62,921 bases of DNA, filler included, from Octopus bimaculoides (GCF_001194135.2; 4 parts of 4 records of this genome joined end to end with filler, not necessarily neighbours in it), one strand, 5' to 3'. Shown: positions 26,590-38,672, counted from the first letter of the whole stretch. Numbers and translations: made by a program. Notes: generated from the sequence alone by a model not told the origin.

Positions 26590-27710
26590 GCATCGCATTT
26601 TCTCACTATCTAGCATTTAGAAAGTGCCTACAATTCAACGTTCTAACAAGGAATGATTTTTACACGCATTCACCAAACGTTACAGAAATTTGGATGAAAC
26701 ATTACATCTATGATCTCTTGATCTCCATGAAACGATTGACTTTTGATCGTGCACGGTACAGTATGGTTCCCAACTTATCGAATTTACAGCCCATTTGTAA
26801 TAACAACGTTATGTTTACGTAGCTAATGAACGACATACAGTTTTATTTCTTCATTTTTTCTATAAATAAGGGATCTTCTGTACAAATTGATAATATTGTC
26901 TGATATAGTTTCAAATTCGGCTCCTCATGGAGGTGTTATTGTTCTATATTTGATAAAATAAAAATGCTAATGATATCGGATATCTAAGAAACGTCAACCG
27001 AACAGAACATATCCATTTCCAAGTAATACTTATAGAGGAATAGTAACTATAGAAATACTCATCTATTCTGAAATGGCAGAAACGTTAGTGAGTCGCAAAA
27101 TTATCTTGCGGTATTTCTACCGGCTCCTTGTGTTCTGAGTTCACATCCTGCCAGATCCAACTTTGTTTCCATCCTTCCGTGGTCAGTAGAATATGTTGCC
27201 AATCAATTACTGTAACTGACTCCCAGCAAATTGAGTATTTTCTAAACTGTTACACCTGGCTTGAGATGTCCTTTATGAGTATCACTTGGGGATTGACGTG
27301 TTCTATTAGGCGACATTTTTTAGATAAACGATACCGTATGTCAGCCACATGTTTATTCTATCAAATATAGAAAAATGAAACCTTCACGAGGAGCCGAATT
27401 TGAAATTGCAAACACTCAAACAACATTATTGATTCATATATAGAACGTACAAATAAATGTGTATGTCATTCATTAGCTACGTAAACTTAACTGTTATTGC
27501 AAGTGGGCTGTAAATTCGATGCATTGGAAACCCTACCATACCGAGCACGATCAAAAGTTTATCGTTTCGCAAACATCAAGGGATCACAGACACAGTGTTT
27601 CACTCAAACTTCTAAAAACGTTTTGTGAACGGGTGCAAATACCATTCCTAGTTGAAACGTCGAATTGTAGGCGCCTTCTAAATTCTCAACAGTGAAAAAT
27701 TTTGATCGGT
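26590..27710. mobile_element. Large diverged fold-back element (~470-bp arms) with a SINE-like spacer
   Basis: Arm pairs include TTTAGAAAGTGCCTACAATTCAACG vs revcomp TTTAGAAGGCGCCTACAATTCGACG, TTTACGTAGCTAATGAA and TTTCAAATTCGGCTCCTC. The arms run to about 27060 and 27225. Confidence 0.85.
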
Positions 27711-28849
27711 AATCTTATCTCTTTATTGACTGAGAATACATATTAACTTCCACCTCATAAATTTCAGAACTTGTGCCTATATTATAAACAATTATATCGA
27801 ACTAGTGTCATCTAAAAAATTGTTCTTCGAATCTATTCTAGACAGTAGCATGATTTTGTCTTCTGTAATCACGAATAACTAATTTATATGTAATTATCAC
27901 GAAGGGAACGCTAGCGAACTTAATGTGGCAAAGCGCGATAACTTTCATTAATCAAAACAATAGACGTATCGGTGTGAAGTAACATTGTCGAACAATGATT
28001 AACTTAACTTTAAATAAAGCAAGGCTAACAATTCATTTTTTTTTCATTTTGAAATAAAGTGACGCAACTAAATGTCAATTAATTAAAAATGAAACAATAT
28101 AATGCAGTGAATGAATATAATCTGGTCTTCTGTATTCACGGTGACAACAGCAGGTGTTTCGATGTTATTATATCTTCTCAGCGAATCATAGTTATTCACA
28201 GGTCAGATCTTCTCAGTTTGACGCACTGGTTCCGATTTTATTGATTTTTTTTTTTTCACAAAGATGTAGATTTTCATGCAAAGTACAAAAATCACATCCA
28301 TTCTTGGAAAAAATAATTAAAAAAATATTACGAGCTTTTACAGTTTGGAATTTTTCAAATTTTAGCTAATCAGATTTATCAAATCTCGACATCTCATTCA
28401 GCAGACGATGTTTACTTATCTTCCCATAGTAACCGATAAAAACCCTTCTTGGAGTTAGGGTTAGGGTTGAAGCTTAAGGTTAGTGCTAGTTTTAGGGTTA
28501 GAGACTAGAGCCAGGTCTAAATTTAGAGTTAATGAGCAGAGGTTGGTTTACAGGTTAGGGTTTAATTGCAAACATTAATTTATTTTATTTCATTTTCTTC
28601 CATTAAATGTTTTGTAATTTTTTTTATTCGTTTCTCAAGAAAGGGTAATGGTTTTCCAGAATTGTTAGAGCATTTTATGAAATGCCTTTTGTGGGTGTGG
28701 GGCTTTTTACGCTCGGTGTTCAAATCCTGAAGAGGTCAACTTCGACTTTCGTCCTTCCGAATGAAATAAAGTACTGGGATATATGGCATCGAGAAACCCC
28801 TCATTTCAAAATCATTGCCTTGTGCATAAGCTAGAAGCAATTACATATA

Positions 28850-28965
28850 GCGAAGGTAAAGAATACGCACACCCGGTGTTTAGGGTTAAGGTTTAGGTTT
28901 AGGGTTTAGGTTTAGGGTTAGGGTTACGCCAAAAACGGGTGGTGTGCGTATTCTTTACCTCCACC
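28850..28965. mobile_element. Small hairpin element with telomere-like (TTAGGG) loop, family 1
   Basis: A perfect 20-bp inverted repeat AGGTAAAGAATACGCACACC (28854-28873 / 28941-28960) encloses TTAGGG/TTTAGG variants. Confidence 0.85.
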
Positions 28966-28985
28966 TATTTATGTATGTGCATATG

Positions 28986-29344
28986 AAAATAATGTGTGAG
29001 AGAGAGAGAGAGAGAGCGCGCGAATGAGTGCCACTTACACATACAGGCAAAAAAATTCATACATCACAACACACACCTTCACTCACTCTTTCTCTCTCTT
29101 TCTTTCTCTCTCTCTCTCCCTCACACACGTCTGTTTCATACACGCGTACATACATCTTTCACTTCCTCCTCTCTTTAACTTTCTACTTCAAAGCAAATGT
29201 TGCCTTTTCACTTTCTCCTCTCTTTCAATTTCTGTTCTCTTCAAAGCATTAAGAAATTAAAATATTTTTACGGAAATTAACGAACAAACATATGATCCCA
29301 TATGATCGAATTGACAACTTTGCTTCTTCAAACGAAAGAATGCC
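28986..29344. mobile_element. Solo right arm of the 59929-60551 MITE family
   Basis: It is colinear with 60285-60551 (GTGCCACTTACAC, CAAAGCAAATGT, ATGATCCCATATGA, CTTCAAACGAAAGAATGC). Confidence 0.82.
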
Positions 29345-30659
29345 CTAAAATAACTTCCTTTGACTCACTCGCACACACGCACACTCACACATGCACACAC
29401 TCTGGGTAAAATTTCTGTACGAATTGTGTTATTTCTTGCTGTGTGTACGCGCAAATTTACAGCTCAAACCCAATTGATATGATCTTTTTCTATTGTATAA
29501 TTCGTTTGTAATGAGCATATTTAAAAACCTGATCTTCGATATAAACTTAAAAGGAAGTTTTCCCAGAAATCCTGTCATTTACCTCTTCTTTCTAGCATGT
29601 CCGAGGTAACATTTCCACTTCCCTACCCTTATTTTTTTCCTAAATTTCTTCCGATTCCTATGTTTGCGATAAAGAAGATTAGGATTTCACCCACAAAACA
29701 CGTTCTCAATATTTTAGTTTTTTACCCATCCACACCAAATTCATNNNNNNNNNNNNNNNNNNNNNNNNNNNNNNNNNNNNNNNNNNNNNNNNNNNNNNNN
29801 NNNNNNNNNNNNNNNNNNNNNNNNNNNNNNNNNNNNNNNNNNNNNNNNNNNNNNNNNNNNNNNNNNNNNNNNNNNNNNNNNNNNNNNNNNNNNNNNNNNN
29901 NNNNNNNNNNNNNNNNNNNNNNNNNNNNNNNNNNNNNNNNNNNNNNNNNNNNNNNNNNNNNNNNNNNNNNNNNNNNNNNNNNNNNNNNNNNNNNNNNNNN
30001 NNNNNNNNNNNNNNNNNNNNNNNNNNNNNNNNNNNNNNNNNNNNNNNNNNNNNNNNNNNNNNNNNNNNNNNNNNNNNNNNNNNNNNNNNNNNNNNNNNNN
30101 NNNNNNNNNNNNNNNNNNNNNNNNNNNNNNNNNNNNNNNNNNNNNNNNNNNNNNNNNNNNNNNNNNNNNNNNNNNNNNNNNNNNNNNNNNNNNNNNNNNN
30201 NNNNNNNNNNNNNNNNNNNNNNNNNNNNNNNNNNNNNNNNNNNNNNNNNNNNNNNNNNNNNNNNNNNNNNNNNNNNNNNNNNNNNNNNNNNNNNNNNNNN
30301 NNNNNNNNNNNNNNNNNNNNNNNNNNNNNNNNNNNNNNNNNNNNNNNNNNNNNNNNNNNNNNNNNNNNNNNNNNNNNNNNNNNNNNNNNNNNNNNNNNNN
30401 NNNNNNNNNNNNNNNNNNNNNNNNNNNNNNNNNNACTCTGAGAAGATTAAATGTAATGTTAGCGTCGACTTGACCTGAACTTGAACTCAGAACGTAACGC
30501 ACTGCAAGGCAACATTAAAACCATGCTGAATATGTAAGATATTTTTTATTATACATTAAATGATCTCATAAGTACGTTACGATTAAGCATTTTCTGGGGG
30601 GTTTTTCTTGCACTCTTCTTTTTTTTTAATACAATTCATATCTGGGATACAAAAGCGAA

Positions 30660-31065
30660 GTATCTTTTATCTTATCTTTTACATATTTCAGTCATTAGAT
30701 TGCGGTCATGCTGGAGCACCGCCTAGAAGAATTTAGAGTCGGATGTATCGCCCCCAGTACTTTTTTTTAAGCCTTGTACTTATTTTATCGATATATTTTG
30801 CCGAACCGCTAAGTTAAGAGGACATAAACGCACCACCACCACCGGTTGTCAAGCGGTGGAGTGGGGGGGGACAAACACAGACACACACACACACACATAT
30901 ATATATACGACAGGTTTCTTTCAGTTTCCGTCTACCAAATCCACTCACAAGGCTTTGGTCGGCTCGAGGCTATAGTAGAAGACACTTGTCCGAGGTGCCA
31001 CGCAGTGGAGCTGAACCCGGAACCATGTGGTTGGGAATCAAGCTTCTTACCACACAGCCACGCCT
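30660..31065 (-). mobile_element. tRNA-derived SINE family A, near full length
   Basis: It is colinear with the TSD-flanked copy at 34103-34449. Confidence 0.85.
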
Positions 31066-31618
31066 GAAATAGTGAGATGATTCGACGCTCATCATTTTAA
31101 TACGATTTGTACATATTATATATTTAAATATATTGAACCAAATACAGCAAAGTATCTATTTCAGGTTCCATAAAATGTTTCATTTCTACTAGACGTCACT
31201 AATGAGACGCTAACGACTTCGTTACTGGAAATTCTTTTCAGCTTTAACTCAAATCAGAGATAAAACTGAATAATTTTGAATAACGAAGATGAAGTTAGCA
31301 ATCATTAGAGTAACTGACAGTGTATCAAACTGCGTACATCAAAGCGCAACTGAAAAAAATAAAACAGTGAAAATTAACACACTGTAAACTTCAGACAAAT
31401 TCCAGATCTGGAACACTAATAAAAAAACGAAAAACAATTTTCAGAGTTTAAAGAAGATATAGTTGTTGAAATGATGTTAGTAAATATTGGAAATTCCATT
31501 TTTATTTGTTGTTATTCGTTTCCATTTTACAATTTTAAACATTAGGTATACTGCTTATTATTAGGTGGCGTCGTAGTTGCATCAGTGGAGAATTTGCCTT
31601 CATATACTGCATCTTAAG

Positions 31619-31755
31619 CAGGCATGGGCAACTTTTTCGGGAAGCGGACCGCATCAGACATGACTCATCATCAGGCAGACCACACTACTAAATTATTCAG
31701 GGTGATTTTTTGTTAGGCGTGCCATTTAGAGAAGGCCGCAGTTTGCCCATGACTG
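31619..31755. mobile_element. hAT (Charlie-like) MITE
   Basis: TIRs are CAGGCATGGGCAACT and AGTTTGCCCATGACTG. The 8-bp TSD ATCTTAAG / ATCTAAAG is 7/8 identical. Confidence 0.85.
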
Positions 31756-32939
31756 ATCTAAAGTAAATCAGTTTGGCGGACTACAAGTTTCTAGTTTTAC
31801 TTTATCCTGTCAACTTCTCAGAGGAGTTCTTTCCTAAAAAAATACTGTCCGAAATGTTGGGATTTCCACCTCACAACAAGTAATTTAGTTTTTGCATCAT
31901 TAAATATGAGTTTGCCAACACAGTTCATCACTAATCTTGAATTTTGTCGTGATTTCCTTTCTCATATATATATATATATATATATATACAGGTGGTCATA
32001 ACTAATTGACACAAAAGTGTTTTGACCACAGGCCGTCAACCTCCTCTCAGTCGGTTTGATACTTGATATATTAATATATTATCGACTCAGCTATCTACTT
32101 TTTGACTAATAAAAGGAGACAACGAGAATACAATCAAGAAATGCAGTAGATGAATGCTTTATTGATATATCTTAATTTATTTCTAAATAAAGATGTAATG
32201 ATGTGACAAGGCTTTAATCAACTTAAGCACTTTACCATACAGCGCTTCGTTGTATTTAATTCAAAATAACTTTCTGCATTTTGGAGGTGTACTTACCAGA
32301 CAAGTGATTTAATCTGAGACCTAGTATTGAAACAAAAACGCGGAAGACACATGTTAGCTATTCCGAATGCCAAACACATAGAGACTTTGTTATATGGTGT
32401 CAAAATTTTCGTCGCGCAAACTACTTGTTCGCTGACAAGGTTACACTTTCTTCATTACATCACATTAATTTACTTCAGCAAAAGTAATTTTATATTCTGT
32501 TAAACAAAATATACTTTTCCTTTCACAGTAAATTTATAATATTAGTGATGTGTTTCTAGTCTTTTGTTTATGTTTCTGGTTTTTCAAACATGAATACAGT
32601 AACGTGCAAAAGTCTTCAGCCATTTTAACTATCGTAAATTTCTACTAATTGCCAACTTATAAGTGGATGTTTCGCATTGCGTTTTTTACAGATGAAATAT
32701 TGGCCCTGCTGGAGTCATTTCCATACCTAATCATTATAATTTGTAGTAGGGGTTCTGAATGAGAGGGGAAGATGCGAGACAACTACCAAAAATGGCCGTG
32801 CAAAAGTTTTCGGCCAACTCACATAAACCAATCAACGCACAGTGTTTTAAAACAGAAAAAGAGTCTATAATGAAAATATATTACATAACGTTCATTTCAA
32901 GAAGTTACTGTACATTGTTAAAATTTCGTGTGGCTTCCC

Positions 32940-33376
32940 ATAGCTCGAATAATTGCTTCAGTGCGCTTGGGAAGAGATGCGTACAAATCCTTCACCATCT
33001 TCACAAATATGAGATGCCATTCTCTGTAGCTGAGCTCTCACAACACTTCAAGATTGCGTGGATTCTTCTGTCGAACTCTTCTCTTTAGTTCTGTCCACAT
33101 TTGTTCGATGATAGTTAAGTCAGGACTCTGAGTTGGGCAATCTTTCAATACAGTAACACCTTCATCAGCTAAACTGTTGTGTTGCACGCGATCCGTGGCC
33201 TGGAGCTCCGTCATGCTGAAAAATCTCACCTTTGTCCAACTCTGTGGATGTATTTTGCACTCTTCAAGTTACCGTCAATTTTAACCAAATTTTTAGACCA
33301 TCACTTTTTATGTATCCCCAAAACTTACCCCCAAACTTCATTGTTTTCGTCGTGTAACGTGGATCGTTTCGCTTTC
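32940..33376 (-). pseudogene. Tc1 transposase C-terminal fragment (left, inverted arm; frameshifted)
   Basis: The minus strand encodes FQHDGAPGH...DEGVTVLKDCPTQSPDLTIIEQMWTELKRRVRQKNPRNLE, a diverged mirror of the right arm. Confidence 0.9.
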
Positions 33377-33497
33377 TAATAAACGATAATTTGTCAGAAG
33401 GCCTCCAGGAAAGCGAAACGACCCCCGTTACACGACGAAAACGATGAGGTTTGGAGGTAAGTTTTGGGGATAAATAAAAAGTGATGGTCCAAGAAAG

Positions 33498-33872
33498 TTG
33501 GTTAAAATTGACGGTAACTTAAATAGTGCCAAATACATCCACTTGCTGAAGGACAATTTGATACTAGACTTGGATGAAGGTGAGATTTTTCAGCATGACG
33601 AAGCTCCATGTCACAGATCGCGTGCAACACAACATAGTCTGGCTGATGAAGGTGTTACCGTATCGAAAGATTGGCCAGCTCAGAGCCTTGGCTTAAATAT
33701 CATCGAGCAAATGTGGACAGAACTAAAAAGAAGAGTTCGTCAAAAGAATCCACGCAATCTTGTAGAGTTGTGGGAGCTCAGCCACAGAGAATGGCATCTC
33801 ATACCTCTGAAGATGGTGAAGGATTTGTACGCATCTCTTCCCAGGCGCATTGAAGCAATTATTCAAGCTTAG
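33498..33872 (+). pseudogene. Tc1 transposase C-terminal DDE fragment (right arm)
   Basis: The ORF contains KIDGNLNSAKYIHLL...FQHDEAPCH...KDWPAQSLGLNIIEQMW...LPRRIEAIIQA. The upstream motif VRRPPGKRNDPRYTTKTMRFGG is present. The first catalytic Asp and the DNA-binding domain are absent. Confidence 0.93.
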
Positions 33873-34102
33873 GGAAACCACATGAAATATTAACAAAGTA
33901 CAGTAACTTTTTGAAGTGAAGATTATGTAATACATTTTCATTGTAGACATTTTCTGTTTTAAAACACTGTATGATGATCAGTTTGTGTGAGGTGGCCGAA
34001 AACTTTTGCACGGCCATTTTTGGTGGCCGTCTCGCAGAACCCCTACTACAAAATATAATGCCTAGGTACGGAAATGACTCCAAGAGGGTCAATGTTTCAT
34101 CT

Positions 34103-34449
34103 CTCTCTTTACTCTTTTACTTGTTTCAGTCATTTCACTGCGGCCATGCTGGAGCACCGCCTTTAGTCAAGCAAATCTACCCCAGGACTTATTCTTTGTA
34201 AGCCTAGTACTTATTCTATCGGTCTCTTTTGCCGAACCGCTAAGAACACAGACACACAAACATATACACACACATACATATATATATACATATATACGAC
34301 AGGCTTCTTTCAGTTTCCGTCTACCAAATCCACTCACAAGGCTTTGGTCGGCCCGAGGCTATAGTAGAAGACACTTGCCCAAGGTGCCACGCAGTGGGAA
34401 TGAACCCAGAACCATGTGGTTGGTAAGCAAGCTACTTACCACACAGCCA
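34103..34449 (-). mobile_element. tRNA-derived SINE (family A) inserted in the right arm of the Tc1 palindrome
   Basis: It is flanked by an exact 15-bp target-site duplication GTCAATGTTTCATCT (34088-34102, 34450-34464). The left arm shows the empty site. Confidence 0.92.
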
Positions 34450-35217
34450 GTCAATGTTTCATCTGTAAAAAACGCAATGCGAAACATCCACTTAAGTTGG
34501 CAATTAGTAGAAATTTACAATAATTTAAAGTGGCCGAAGACTTTTGCACAGTACTATATGTAGTTAAGATATTAGCTTCGTAACTTACATATTTTTCGAG
34601 AACTTTATATCCAAAGATGTCCTTTCTGTTTTTGAGACGACAAACTGTGATTAGAAGAGGATTTGGTCGCTAATTCTAGCAAGTCGAGGTTTGTTTAGTT
34701 TTATCGTTTAGTATAAGGTGAGTTCCGACTGTGCTAGCCATAACCATCTGAGATTTTTAGGCATGATGTCAAGAACGACATTATCTAATATATCCTTTTA
34801 TTTTATTTTTATTTTCAAAGATGTTAGGAATATTTTGGAATTCTGGAAGAGATTTGGTGAATACTTTTAGCATCGCGAGTATATATAGAGGCGTTCATCT
34901 GTAAGTTGTTCAATGCTATCGTAACCGGTTTATTATCATCGGCGTTCTTTGTAGAAGTTATAATGAATAGAGCTCTAACGACAGAAACTATTTCCGCTTG
35001 TCGTTCAATATAAATGTACTTTAGCGTGGGTGGTTAGTCATATATTCTTCTTAGGCTGTTCACAATGTGTGGTAGGTTGCATGTATAGACAATGACCAGT
35101 CTAAAGTTTAACTGAATTTTCAAATATTTCTAGCTCCAATAAATTAGTGGAATAATGTTCATCGAACATCATTGTTAGGAATCGTCTGTATGTAACTCGC
35201 TGCATATTATTTTGCGT

Positions 35218-35470
35218 GAAGGCGCGTGGCCTAGAGGTTAGGGTGTTGCACACACAATCGTAAGATCGTAGTTTCAATTCCCAAAGATTTTTCACATCGC
35301 TTCCGTCCATTCAGCTGTATATGAGTAACCCTACGAAGGACTGGTGTTCCATTCAGGAAGAATTTTGGCCTGCCCGCCTTGCCGGCGGGGTGACATCATT
35401 CGAAAGCTACAACAAAGCAAGGAAGTGCATTGTGACCAGCGGTGTATAACAACATCCGATTGTCTGGTGG
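35218..35470 (+). mobile_element. tRNA-derived SINE family E (diverged)
   Basis: GAAGGCGCGTGGCCTAGAGGTTAGGGTG...GTAGTTTCAATTCC head. Related heads occur at about 5515 and 49020. Confidence 0.65.
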
Positions 35471-36215
35471 ATACAGTAATAAATGAAAGTAATAACATTG
35501 TGTAAGCAGTGCAAGGAAAATAAATCACAGCATATAATCGACACGTTTTACAAGGCATTACAAGTTAAGGTGGGTGCCTTTTGCTGTGAGCAACATAAGC
35601 ATGTTACATAGGAAAAGTGAAAGAGAGGAAGAGGGAACAACTTATAGAGACAAACGACAAAGATTGCCCTGGGCGGCTAATGGCTCTCTGGTTAGGCTGA
35701 ATGTGCAGCTCTTTGTTTAGCTGCTAACCATCCTTCTAGAATCTTTGACCAAATTGCTTGGCGTGAAAACTTCCATACTTCTGAAGTTTGCAGCTTCTAC
35801 AATAATAAGTCAGTCAATGCTGATTAGTCGAGCTATATTTTCATAGGTGTTCGTGATTCTAGGCTAGGAAAAGTTGAGACCTATGGTTCAAATCTCAGCC
35901 GTGGTCTCGCTAGAGCATCATTACAAAGAACACGGTAGTTAGATCTGTACAACTGATAGTCCACGTTAAAAAAAATCCAAATGCAAGTAGTTGATTGATA
36001 GCAGAGACGTGAAGACCCATTGAATAAACAAAGCATTACACAATCAATTGATAAATCACGAGTTCAAATCTTTTCCAGACATTTCTTTGTGCTTATGAGC
36101 AGAACTCTTTGTTCTACATTATCTCAGCTCCACTGGGTCTCTGTGTTAGAAAAAGCTACCAGCGATAGACCAGTGTCCTACAGGAAAGAGAGGAAGAGAA
36201 AAGAGTAAGAGAGAG

Positions 36216-36261
<46 letters not shown>

Positions 36262-38672
36262 CGTCTTCGAACATGCTATGAAACTTAGTATGAGTATTCT
36301 TTACATTTTGTTTGTTTACATCATCTTGATACATGAGTGAAGAACAAAATTCTAGTGTTTTACATCAGTTCTGAGCAAACTATTGTCCGTGGATCACATG
36401 CGCTCCAGTGGACCTTTCTGAATGGCACAGCAACGAAATATTATCTTGAATATTTTAGTAGCGAAGCCTGCCTGATAATGATTCATGTGCCATGCGATCC
36501 ACTTCTCGAAAANNNNNNNNNNNNNNNNNNNNNNNNNNNNNNNNNNNNNNNNNNNNNNNNNNNNNNNNNNNNNNNNNNNNNNNNNNNNNNNNNNNNNNNN
36601 NNNNNNNNNNNNNNNNNNNNNNNNNNNNNNNNNNNNNNNNNNNNNNNNNNNNNNNNNNNNNNNNNNNNNNNNNNNNNNNNNNNNNNNNNNNNNNNNNNNN
36701 NNNNNNNNNNNNNNNNNNNNNNNNNNNNNNNNNNNNNNNNNNNNNNNNNNNNNNNNNNNNNNNNNNNNNNNNNNNNNNNNNNNNNNNNNNNNNNNNNNNN
36801 NNNNNNNNNNNNNNNNNNNNNNNNNNNNNNNNNNNNNNNNNNNNNNNNNNNNNNNNNNNNNNNNNNNNNNNNNNNNNNNNNNNNNNNNNNNNNNNNNNNN
36901 NNNNNNNNNNNNNNNNNNNNNNNNNNNNNNNNNNNNNNNNNNNNNNNNNNNNNNNNNNNNNNNNNNNNNNNNNNNNNNNNNNNNNNNNNNNNNNNNNNNN
37001 NNNNNNNNNNNNNNNNNNNNNNNNNNNNNNNNNNNNNNNNNNNNNNNNNNNNNNNNNNNNNNNNNNNNNNNNNNNNNNNNNNNNNNNNNNNNNNNNNNNN
37101 NNNNNNNNNNNNNNNNNNNNNNNNNNNNNNNNNNNNNNNNNNNNNNNNNNNNNNNNNNNNNNNNNNNNNNNNNNNNNNNNNNNNNNNNNNNNNNNNNNNN
37201 NNNNNNNNNNNNNNNNNNNNNNNNNNNNNNNNNNNNNNNNNNNNNNNNNNNNNNNNNNNNNNNNNNNNNNNNNNNNNNNNNNNNNNNNNNNNNNNNNNNN
37301 NNNNNNNNNNNNNNNNNNNNNNNNNNNNNNNNNNNNNNNNNNNNNNNNNNNNNNNNNNNNNNNNNNNNNNNNNNNNNNNNNNNNNNNNNNNNNNNNNNNN
37401 NNNNNNNNNNNNNNNNNNNNNNNNNNNNNNNNNNNNNNNNNNNNNNNNNNNNNNAAAATAAGCACTAGACTTACAAAGAATAAGTCTTTGGGCCGATTTG
37501 TTCGACTACAGGCGGTGCTCCAGTATGACCGCAGTCAAATGACTGAAACAAGTAAAAGCAAAAGTAAAAGAATAATCAACTTATGCAACATGCTTTCATT
37601 GGTCGGTCATTCGAGGAATCACCCAGTTAGATCAAAGCTTCACCGAAAGAGTGAAAGAATGATAGACAAAAAGAAACAAAATTATTCAAATTAACAGAGT
37701 AGGTTGTTGGCACTCCGTCGCTTACGACGTCGAGGGTTCCAGTTGANNNNNNNNNNATATATATATATATGTATGTATGTGTTTGTGTGCCTGTGTTTGT
37801 CCCCCACCACCATCCCTTGACAACCAATGTTGGTGTGTTTACGTCTCCGTAACTTAGCAGTTCGGCAAAAGAGACCGATAAAATAAGCACTAGACTTACA
37901 AAGAATAAGTCTTTGGGCCGATTTGTTCGACTACAGGCGGTGCTCCAGTATGACCGCAGTCAAATGACTGAAACAAGTAAAAGCAAAAGTAAAAGAATAA
38001 TCAACTTATGCAACATGCTTTCATTGGTCGGTCATTCGAGGAATCACCCNNNNNNNNNNNNNNNNNNNNNNNNNNNNNNNNNNNNNNNNNNNNNNNNNNN
38101 NNNNNNNNNNNNNNNNNNNNNNNNNNNNNNNNNNNNNNNNNNNNNNNNNNNNNNNNNNNNNNNNNNNNNNNNNNNNNNNNNNNNNNNNNNNNNNNNNNNN
38201 NNNNNNNNNNNNNNNNNNNNNNNNNNNNNNNNNNNNNNNNNNNNNNNNNNNNNNNNNNNNNNNNNNNNNNNNNNNNNNNNNNNNNNNNNNNNNNNNNNNN
38301 NNNNNNNNNNNNNNNNNNNNNNNNNNNNNNNNNNNNNNNNNNNNNNNNNNNNNNNNNNNNNNNNNNNNNNNNNNNNNNNNNNNNNNNNNNNNNNNNNNNN
38401 NNNNNNNNNNNNNNNNNNNNNNNNNNNNNNNNNNNNNNNNNNNNNNNNNNNNNNNNNNNNNNNNNNNNNNNNNNNNNNNNNNNNNNNNNNNNNNNNNNNN
38501 NNNNNNNNNNNNNNNNNNNNNNNNNNNNNNNNNNNNNNNNNNNNNNNNNNNNNNNNNNNNNNNNNNNNNNNNNNNNNNNNNNNNNNNNNNNNNNNNNNNN
38601 NNNNNNNNNNNNNNNNNNNNNNNNNNNNNNNNNNNNNNNNNNNNNNNNNNNNNNNNNNNNNNNNNNNNNNNN

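Larger units (their letters stand above)
32597..34556. mobile_element. Palindromic non-autonomous Tc1-family DNA transposon (two inverted copies of the transposase 3' half plus terminal repeat)
   Basis: The ends are TA|CAGTAACGTGCAAAAGTCTTCAGCC and GGCCGAAGACTTTTGCACAGTACTA|TA. Arms 32597-33376 and 33409-34556 are reverse complements around a 32-bp spacer, and both encode Tc1 DDE-domain remnants. Confidence 0.92.

Noticed and set aside
37456-38049. Identical ~170-bp direct repeat (37456-37624 and about 37880-38049)
   Set aside because: Both copies sit at contig ends beside gaps, so this is most likely an unmerged or mis-ordered contig overlap.
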